This document shows positions 40,038 through 49,560 of a stretch of 64,000 bases of DNA, in pieces. Each line of letters opens with the position of its first letter. Within the stretch, counting starts at the first letter, position 1. The position numbers and the translations under genes were made by a program. Below the pieces are notes generated by a model, which searched no databases, was not told the DNA's origin, and saw only the letters and a program-made list of their open reading frames with translations. This DNA is from Mobula hypostoma (Eukaryota): positions 169,820,001 through 169,884,000 of the forward strand of contig NC_086097.1 in NCBI RefSeq assembly GCF_963921235.1, in the 5' to 3' direction.

Positions 40038-40745
40038 TGCAACACACACAAAATGCTGGAGGAACTCAGCAGGTCAGGCAGCATCTATGGAAATCAATAA
40101 ATAGTCGACGTTTCAGCCAAAACCCTTCTTCAGGAAAGGAAGGGGGAAAATACCCGAATAAAAAGTGGGAAGAGGGTAAGGCGGATAGCTGGAAGGTGAT
40201 TAGTGAAGCTGGGTGGCTGGGAAAAGTAAAGGGCTAGAGAGGAAGGATTCTGATAGGAGAGGAGAGTGGACCGTAGGAGAAAGGGAAGGAGGAGGGGACC
40301 CAGGCAGAGAGATAAGAGACCAGAGTGGGAAATAGAAGAAGAAGGGGCAGGAGAGAAAAATATTTTTACTGGAAGGAGAAATTGATATTCCTGTCATCGG
40401 GTTGGAGACTACACAGACAGAACATAAGGTGTTGCTCCTCCATCCTGATGGTGGCCTTCTTGTGGCATAAGAGGAGGCCAGGGACTGACATGTCAGAATG
40501 GGAATGGAACCGGAATTATGATGTTTGACCACCAGGAATTTCCGCTTTTGGCAGATGGAGTGGAGGTGCTTGATGAAGCACTCCCCCAATTTACAATGGG
40601 TCTGACCTATATAGAGGAGGCCACATTGGGAGCACTGGGCACAATAGATGATCCCAGCAGATTTGCCTCACCCGGAAAAACTATTTAGGGCCCTGAATGG
40701 AGATGAGGGGGGAGTTGGATTCGAAGGTGAAGTGTTGCCTCACAT
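40038..40745 (-). mobile_element. Penelope-like element 3' remnant
   Basis: Terminal repeat plus GIY-YIG remnant (GECFIKHLHSI); hammerhead-like core near 40103-40134. Confidence 0.75.
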
Positions 40746-40870
40746 TCTTCAATTTCATAAATTGAAAATCCCTATTGTACTGTTATGAACTTGAGAACAA
40801 ATAATGCAAACTCAATTATTTTCCAATCAGGATCCAGGCAGTGAGTTGTTATTAGACTAGTCTATGTACT

Positions 40871-41453
40871 CCTGAAGCCTCCGTCAGTCAGAGTTGAGCA
40901 TGCATAGTGCATCCTAGCTGTCTAGATATGCAAGCCTGGGCTCGAAGGTATGGAGAACAAGCTGTTGCCCATGTAGGAAGCTCCTCTTTTCCATGTATCT
41001 GATGAACCCAAAGGAACGACAGAGACCGATACAGTTTGGTGCCAGCAGTGTCGCAAGAGTTGCCAGTCAGTATTGAACTCAATGTAGGACTACCTTAGGG
41101 ACTCCAGCTCTGGACTTTTCCTTCAGGATTTACTCCTGGAGCCTTCCCCATGAGTGGGTATAGCTGCAAGGTAGCAGAGGTCTGCGATCAGAGCTTTCCT
41201 TCTCCTAGATGAGCTGCCAACCACGGGTGAAGAGCCCTATCTGCCTGAAGCGACTGGTTTTAAGGTGCCTTTGCCCCTTCTCCTGTCAGTAGAAACAGTT
41301 CTGCCGGGCTTAGTAGATAAGCCACATGTGGATGCCAGGAGCTGCAATTGGTTGTCCAAGGCTATCTGAGGCGCACGCCATTGGGAGCATTTAGTAGGTA
41401 GTGGGAGCTTGTCTCCATTACCACCCCAGCTATAACAACCTTAACGAACCTTA
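40871..41453 (-). mobile_element. Non-coding RTE-derived (bipartite-like) retroelement
   Basis: 7-bp TSD ATGTACT at 40864-40870 and 41454-41460. Minus strand carries GTTGGCAGCTCATCTAGGAGAAGGAAAGCTCTGA, which I recall as an RTE 5' UTR motif. No recognisable coding remnant. Confidence 0.6.
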
Positions 41454-43897
41454 ATGTACTTAAACATTGAGTAAAAGCATCATTTATGATTCAGTGGAAT
41501 GCTTTGTGTAAGGAGCTACTGTTTTTTTTATTTTCTTGTGCACTTACTCATTTGTGGCATTAATAACAAAAGGTCTGTATATTCTTCATCCCTTTAGCAA
41601 CATACCATGATGGGGGTTTCAGGGAAAGGCAGAATGTGCAGAAGGGAAGGCAGCACAGAAAGCTGAGAGCAGGATTGGAGGCAGAAGACAATGCTGTATC
41701 AGGAACATATTCAAATTCAGGGCAGGGCATCTTGTAAATTCACTTATTTTCCCTCTTCAGTGTCAACAAGGAAAGTGGCCTATTAAAATTTGGGCTGGAT
41801 ATCGGAATCAAAGGGAACATTGGAAAAAATGGGCTCCACTCTGGGGCCTGAAAAATATCATCTACTTTCCTGGTCTTATTGTTTCTCATCTCTCAATATT
41901 AAATTCAATTTGCCTCATTTCACCAGTCTGTCTGCATTCTTCTCGTGTTGGTCGCTACTGTTGCAGTTCCCAGCTTTGCATCTATCATTCCATATACCCA
42001 GGTTCAGCTTGTTAATTAACACAAAAAGCAGTGGCCCTATACCGACCCTTGTAGGACAGTTTTGCATGCATTCCATGTCAAAGCACCCTTCTACTGTCCT
42101 CATCTTTTTATCTTTATATTGAGATTCAATATTCTTTCATCTATAATTATCATCCTCCTTTTATTACAATTGGTTGGTCAATCATGTGGCATTTTGTAAA
42201 TCACTTTCTGAAAGGCACGTGAAAAACATTGCCTTGCCTTCATCAACACTCTTCATTACTCTTTGAAATTAATCAAACACAACTTACCGTAAGCAAATTA
42301 ATTAATTATTGACCCATGTTTCTCAGCTTTATTATTAATTTTGTTGTAATTTATGTCTCAGAAGGCTTCACCCAGTTGGCTCTCAGCTAATATCCTGTTT
42401 TATTTGGTTTCCAACTTTACTCTAGGCTTAAAATCAGTCACTGTGCCTGAAATCTACTTCGAACCGCATTGCAAAGTGCAGATGACCCTTTCAAAAATAA
42501 AGTAAAAATAGCACTTAATATTATTAAACGTTCTTTATTAAGTCACCTCATTAAAATTACGATTAAGTATACCACAATGCTAATTCAAGCAGAATGCAAA
42601 TGTTAGGGAACATTTGTTGATTTGCTTAGTAGACTGGCATGGAATAGGAATAAGGCTTCTCTTCATCTGCTTGGAGATGTTGAATAGATGAATCAAAAAT
42701 CAGTGTGAGATATATGAGCAGAATATGAATGAAGTACAAATATCATGCCATTATGCAGAAGGAATTAACATTGTGTTGCAGATTCGACATAAATTACAAT
42801 CTAGACAGCAAAAGAGTGTGGTTTGACAGTACTGTATAGCATCTGCATCAAGTCTGAGGATAGTTTTCTCTAAATCTTTATTGCTCAAATATGCTAAAAT
42901 ACGACGGCAGCAATTTCCATGATAGCTCACCCCAGTGAACAGGATACAGCATGGAAGATCCCGAAAGGCTTGTACTATATCTTTGGAAGAATTGATCAAT
43001 TAACCCCAGCAGGTCCACACCACTCCCTACCCGTTGCTCTGTAAATGCTCCTCTTTCAAGTATGAGACCGAAGTATGAGTTGCATCATGAAGTCTGGTAT
43101 GTTTGACAATAATGGTTCCTCAGTATGTTTGAGCCATTGTAGCAGGAGGACACTGTACTGGGTAATGGGACTTCAGGAATAGCTTGGCAAATTATGGGTC
43201 CAAAATCTAACCAGGATGTCCTGAAAGTAGTAATTGTGGGTGAACATGGGCTTGGTTGGGACTCAATGCAAAAAAAACTTACGGAATAGAAGATCTCTGC
43301 TTCCATATACAATGCTTACAGAATTTTACTGGGCATATTTGGTACTCTCACAGAAATTAATGATTTCTGAAATGCATCAATTAGTTTTCAGTATTATAAA
43401 CCAAACCAATAAACATTTTAAAATGTTTTATATGCTTTGAAGTTAGAGAGGAGAAAGTTTAAAGGAGATATGTAGGGTAAAACTTTATTTTTCACATAGA
43501 GGGTGGTAGGTACCTAGAATGTATTGTCAACTTTGTGGTGGAAACATGTATGATAGAGGTGTTTACATAGACAGACAAACATGCAGGAATTGGGGGGATT
43601 ATCAACATGTGCGGGCAGAAGGGATTAGTTGAATTTGGCAGCAAAATTATCAGAGAAATCGCAGGTTGAAGAGCCTGCTCCTGTGCTGGACTATTCTGTG
43701 TTCTATATTGTATGTGCCTACATATACAGAACAATATACAAGAACACAACTGTTAAGTATCAACAAAAATCAAAATTCATCATCAGAAGCTATCTGTGCT
43801 TGGAATACTGCTTGGTCCCGAAGGATTTGGCCTGGATACTTTGCACTCTACAAGTAAACTGCAGTGCAAGCAAAATTAAGTGATTGGTGATTGTTGA

Positions 43898-44737
43898 GAC
43901 AAAAGATTCTGCAGATTCTGGAAATTCAGAGCAACACACACAGAATACTGGAGGATCTCAGCGGGTCAGGAAATGAATAAACAGTAGATGTTTCTGGCCA
44001 AGTCCTTCATCAGGACTGGAGAGGAACCAAAAAAAAGGTGTTGGGAGGGGAAGGAGTACGAGCTAGATTGTGATAGATGAAGCCAAGGTGGGAGGGGAAA
44101 GGGGAAGCAGGGAGGTGATAGGTGGAAAAGGTAAAGGGCTGGAGAGGAAAGAATCTGATAGGAAAGGAGAGTGGACCTTGGGAGAAAGGGGAAGGGGCAC
44201 CAGGGGAAGGTGATAAGCAGATGAGGAGAAGAGAAGAGGTAGGAGGGGAGTCAGAGTGGAGAATTGAAAATGAGGGATGGAGGAGGGGAAAATTACTGTA
44301 GGTTAGAGAAATCAATGCTCATGTCATCAGGTTGGTGGCTTGCCTGGGAGGGATATGAGGTGTTGCTCCTCTAACTCAGAGTGACCTCATCATTGCAGTA
44401 GAGGAGGCCATGGACTGACATGTTGGAATGGGGAGGAGGATTGAAATTAAAATGGCTGGTCACCGGGAAATCCTGCTTTTTGCGGATGGAGTGAAGGTGC
44501 TCAACAAAGCAGTCTTTTAATCTACAAAGTACTTCGGCTCTCAACAAAGTAGAGGAGGCTGCATCGAGAGCACTGGATATAGTAGCTGGCCCAACAGCTT
44601 GTACTCCTTCTCATCCACCCACCTTCTTATTTTGGCTTCTTCCCTCTTCCTTTCCAGTCCCGAGGAAGAGCCTCAGCTCAAAACATTGACTGTTTATTCA
44701 TTTCCATAGATGTTGCCAGACCTACTGAGTTCCACCA
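43898..44737. mobile_element. Penelope-like element remnant with inverted arms
   Basis: 12-bp TSD GGTGATTGTTGA at 43886-43897 and 44738-44749. A long minus arm is followed by a short plus arm, each with a hammerhead-like remnant. Confidence 0.85.
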
Positions 44738-45868
44738 GGTGATTGTTGACCCATGTTCCAGTTGAGGTTCTATGCTAACGAGACAACAGTGCCTGTACTC
44801 GGCACCTTACACATAGACTTTGCTGTCTAAGCAGCATTCCCCTCTGGATGTCAGAAAAGTGTTAAACTGATTGCTGAGAGCCATTTGAGATTGAAGTGTC
44901 CTCTGTCACCTTTCGGGGGATCATAGTTTCACCACTAGATGCCACTGCCTACTTTCTAACATATGTACTTCATGAGTACTGGATGAAAAATATTTCCTTT
45001 TTTTTCCAGAGAAAGTCCTTGTTGTTCATGGATATCCCATCGTTATGAATACAACGTTGAATATCCATCAATCTGCTCAGCAGACAAGAGGGAGACACAA
45101 GGGAGTGCAGATGCTGGAAGGCAGCCAAGACCTTTTCATGCTTTGAGACATTTTAAATGAGACACAAGTGACCACAGGTAGAATCTGAAGCAAAAAAAGC
45201 AAAAAAGCAAAAAATCTGCAGGAGAAATTCAGCTGGTTAGGCAGTATCTGTGGAGACCAAGGGATAATTGGTATCTTGGGCTGGGACCTCAGAGCAGGAT
45301 GTTGCAAGCTCCTGTGGGTGCTTTTGAGGTTGGGAGAAAATCCCTTCTTACCAGTGAGACAACTGGTATTTGCAGAATGGTAAAAAAAAATATTTTGAGT
45401 TACCTCAGACATCAGATGGGCAAACTCAATGCCCGCAATGCCAGCAATGCCAGCAATCAAACAGTGGTTTGTTTTCGTTCTGAGAGGTTGTACCAAAAGC
45501 AACTCAACTCAACTCCAGTGGTCAATCCTTGATAGCACTTTGGAATGGTCTAGAGAGTCACACAGTTCAAGGGAAATTCAGGAAGGACAATAAATTCTTA
45601 TCCTTGTTAGTGATACATTGTGAAATAAAAAAAAATAGCTCCAGCATTCAACTCAACTTTTTCCCCAATATCTTTTAATATCTCTGACTAACAAAAGCTG
45701 CCTCAGTGAAACATCCAGGCACCCTGGACACTGTGGGTGAACATGACATATTGATGCACCATAGAAAGCATTCTGCCTGGATGCACAGCAGCTTGGTATG
45801 GCAACTGCTCCGCCTGTGACTGCAAGAAGTGACAAGCTCGGTGTTTTGTTGTACGGGTGGGGGGGGGG

Positions 45869-46747
45869 GAGTGCTGTCTTCAGATGCAGTGTTAGGCAGT
45901 ATAACACTCAATGGTAGCCAGCATTCTGCCAGGGACAGAACAGTTTTTATCACAGATAAAACATGTGAGCACAGACACAGCGTAGCACATCACAGGAACC
46001 AGCCTCCCTCTGTGGACTCTGTCTATACTTACCGCAGTCTCTTTAAAGCAGCTTGCATAATCAAAGACCCTATACACCCCAGACATTCTCACTTCTCCCC
46101 TCTTCCGCTGGGAAGAAGATACAAAACCCTGAAAGTGCATACCATCAGGCTCAAGGACAGCTGTTATCACACTCGAATGGACCTTTTGTACAATAAGAAG
46201 GATACTTGGTCTCACAATCAACCTCATTATGATCTTCCTCGTTGTTATTTACTTGCACTTGATGCTCTGTTATTTAGAGCAGCAAGAACTACTGACATCA
46301 CAGTATGTATCACATTTACATTAGTACGCAAAAAACTGCATGAATCTTTTTGATCTTTAAAATCTTTTGGATCAATGCTAATGAATTTTCTTTGCTCTTT
46401 TCCTCTCAGTGATTCACTTGGCATTCAGGTACTGAGTGCAAACAGGTTCCACTTAAAGCTATTATACAGAATGAGGCCACATATAATCCAGAAGTTAAAA
46501 TAAATCATGTAACAATGTAAAGCAATTGTGGTTGACACTGAATGAGTTGAATCAAATCAAAGTGGAACAGCCAACACTCGCTTGCAACTGACAGGGACAG
46601 AGAAACTATACACAGCAACAAAAAGAGATCACTAAAAATAGACAGCTCGGATGTGGAAACAGTACCAAAAACTGTTTTATCCCTGGCAGAATGTTGGCTA
46701 CTATTGAGTGTTATACTGTTTAACACTACATCTGAAAGACAGCATTC
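45869..46747. repeat. Inverted repeat of ~81 bp (45869-45948 vs 46667-46747)
   Basis: Manual alignment gives 8 substitutions and 1 indel over 81 nt. Confidence 0.9.
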
Positions 46748-46896
46748 TCCTCAGTGCCACAACAAAGTGTGTGCTTTTCACTCTGAAGAACTCAAACTTT
46801 TTGCTCAGCATCATTGCATCTGGCTCCCATCACGTGCCCCTCCCGAGCTTGGCAATCACAGCACGGCGGCCTACTTTTCCAGTCTGTGCAGATCAA

Positions 46897-47973
46897 CTAA
46901 ATGTTCAAAAAACTGGGTGACGCATGGAAATACCATTGCTTTTTGTGACAGAACATCATCTTCTTAAAAGTATTGGATAATTCGGGATCTCGGAATGCAT
47001 AAATAAGAGGGTCAATGATTGAGTGGCACATAATAAAAATGAGGTCAATTTGAAAGAGGGATATAAAGCATGCACAGTACGGATCTGAAGGGCAGAGTAA
47101 GAAGAGGATAAAGTGCAAGGATAAAGGGGCCCAACAGAAAATGAAGACCCCGAGGAGGACAGTTATTGTGAAGGCTCCTTTAAAATTGATTCCCTGGTGG
47201 GCTGCATGACCTGGAAGTGTTCTAATCTTCTTGGCATGCATCTGTGCCAACAGGAACATGCAGATGTAAAGGGACACAATAAGAACTACTGATAGCAGGA
47301 AAAATATAATATAGAAGCTGACGATGCCTTGACTGTCGTGAAAGTTGATCATGAGGACACCGGTGGAAGTGCACAACACCCAGATCCCTCCAATGACAAA
47401 AGCAACTCGCTTCCCTGTCATAATGTTGTGGTATCGCAAAGCGTGGAAAATCGTGATGTATCGGTCGGTTGTAATTGCAGCCAAGTTAAAAATGGAGGCA
47501 AGGAAGGAAATGCATATTAATGAGTCAAATACATTGTCCAAATTTAATAAAAAGGCTTGTGTGAACAGATCTTTGTGGTTGTTTACCAGCGATATTGTAA
47601 GTGCTTCCCAAGCTTTGGATAGACACAGAAGGATGTCTGAAACTGCCAAACTACAGATGAGGAAGTACATGGGAGAGTGTAGATTCCTGTTCTTCAGTAC
47701 TGCAATGACCACTAGTAGGTTTTCCAACAAGCTCACTAGCCCCAGGATGAGATACACCTCAGTGGGGATCTCGATTTGAGTGCACTCCTTCGTGGCATTC
47801 ATGTTGGTTTGGTTGATAGCGTCTGTCACAACCTCTGTCCCATACAGCAGCCAAGGGGAGATGCTGGGATGTGAATGTGGAGAGAGGGTGACATTTGGGG
47901 GCGCGGGCAGGATGTCATTTAAGTCCAGTGATGTGCCACATCCTGGCATCGTCATGTCAGGCATCCCAGGCAT
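46897..47973 (-). CDS. MC2R: Melanocortin receptor 2 / ACTH receptor (358 aa, intronless ORF)
   Basis: LLENLLV, HSPMYF, SKAWE (MC2R-type Lys), DNVFD, DRY, CWAP, PSDPYCAC and [12 protein letters not shown]. Long N-terminus as I recall for stingray MC2R. Convergent with MC5R as in other gnathostomes. Several nearby in-frame ATGs make the exact start uncertain. Confidence 0.93.
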   Translation of the reverse strand: MPGMPDMTMPGCGTSLDLNDILPAPPNVTLSPHSHPSISPWLLYGTEVVTDAINQTNMNATKECTQIEIPTEVYLILGLVSLLENLLVVIAVLKNRNLHSPMYFLICSLAVSDILLCLSKAWEALTISLVNNHKDLFTQAFLLNLDNVFDSLICISFLASIFNLAAITTDRYITIFHALRYHNIMTGKRVAFVIGGIWVLCTSTGVLMINFHDSQGIVSFYIIFFLLSVVLIVSLYICMFLLAQMHAKKIRTLPGHAAHQGINFKGAFTITVLLGVFIFCWAPLSLHFILFLLCPSDPYCACFISLFQIDLIFIMCHSIIDPLIYAFRDPELSNTFKKMMFCHKKQWYFHASPSFLNI

Positions 47974-48101
47974 AATTCAAGGAGAATTACTCTTCAGCAA
48001 AGAGTGTGAAAGTCATTTTCTTGATGTGGAAGATTTGTCCTCTCTGCAGTTTTCCATATTGTCAAGAATCTTCCCTCCACCAGGAAATGGAAGCTAAATA
48101 C

Positions 48102-48120
48102 CTGAAAAAGAAAAGCACAA
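48102..48120 (-). other. Candidate 3' splice acceptor for the MC2R coding exon
   Basis: Minus strand TTGTGCTTTTCTTTTTCAG|G; the exon would begin at 48101, 128 nt upstream of the ATG. Confidence 0.65.
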
Positions 48121-49560
48121 CAGGATGAAACTCACTCAAATATTTAATTCTGGTCAGATCAAGTTGAGAGTACTCTGAACAATTTGGACCTCAGTATCAT
48201 AAAAAGGATACAGGAGAATTGGAAGAAGGTTTCAAGGATGATGCCAGAACTGAGAAACAATTAATTAAAGGGAAATTGTCAAGAAGTGACACCTAATATT
48301 CATTCCCCAACACCTGAAATGATCTTAGGGGGTAGATGTAGTCTCTACTTGTCAGGGAGTCATAAAGATCATTTATCGTATCTGATTTGAAATCCTGTAG
48401 AGAGTTCAAGAGAAACATCTTAGAGAGTGTTGAGAACTTGGACCTTGCTTCCCTATTCTTTTCCTTTTTCAATGAAGGTTTACTCAGTGATTACAGCATC
48501 AAATTATTGCAATACTATGCTATTCCACAGTCAATAACTTCCAATTTAAACATAGTCACCTTTATCCAGGATACACTTGAGCCTCCGGTGCCCACTAGTT
48601 CTGGAAGGCCCTCAATGATATCGCATGATTGTAAAATATTCCTCCTCCATTCACAGCTATTATAGGAAGTTTCATCAAAGCTCAGTTTTGGAACACATTG
48701 GAACAAACTGATCTGAAAACAGAGACACAAGAGACTGTATAGTCTGGAATGTGGTGCAAGCAACATACAAGATACCCGAGGAACTCAACAGGTCAGGCAG
48801 CATCTGTGGAGGATAACAGACAGTTGACATTTCGGGTCCTGACCTTTCATCTGGACCGAAAGGTTGAAGGGAAAGAGTCCATTCTCCACCTCCTTTTTCT
48901 ATTGGATTTCATCATTTGCAGCCCTTTGTTGCCTCAACCTGTCATCTCCCCATATTTTAACTCTTCCCTCCTTCATCCGATGACTGCCCACCCCCTCTTT
49001 TCCTGACTATCGTCCCTCTATCAGTCAAAAGTTCTCAACCTGAATTGATATCTGCCCATTTCCATCCGCTTTCTCTGCTCAGCTGAGCTGAAATTGCACT
49101 TACTGGGGCAGAGGAAAATCCTTTTTCCAGTGACAATACAGGTCAGGGTGGGAGGATTAGCTTCTATCAGCTCTATTCATTGTCCATTGAGTTGCTAAGA
49201 TTGGAGTGGACTAAATAGTGAGGGGTGAAGGGCACACCCTGATGCTGCTCTTTTGCTGCGGTGTTGTCCATAGATGGCTGACTTCTTCTGGAGATTAAGG
49301 AGAGGAGTGGAGTTACTGGAGGTGGGATGGTTTGGAGGGGTTTGTGGGGAGAAATTCTCAAGCTGAGCCCTGTGAATTGTCAAGTGTACAAGTACAGTGA
49401 AATACACAGATCTCAACTCAGTGCAGTGCCAAATACCTTTTTCTTAGATTAGGGACACAAACTGCTCACAATACTCTGTGCAGTTTGCTCAATGCCTTAT
49501 TAAGCCTCAGCACTACATCCTTGTTCTCATATTCTAGTCCTCTCGAAATGAAGGCTTTAA

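Noticed and set aside
41300..41453. HDV-like ribozyme at the 5' end of the RTE-derived element
   Set aside because: I could not assemble a canonical P1/P1.1/P2/P3/P4 nested pseudoknot by eye; left untested.
42751..42999. Cys-rich minus-strand ORF between the receptors
   Set aside because: Non-ATG start, no recognisable family and no convincing exon structure; it might be a conserved non-coding element, but this cannot be shown from the sequence alone.
47974..48057. N-terminal extension of MC2R from the in-frame ATG at 48057
   Set aside because: Two in-frame TGA codons lie between it and 47973; treated as a uORF.
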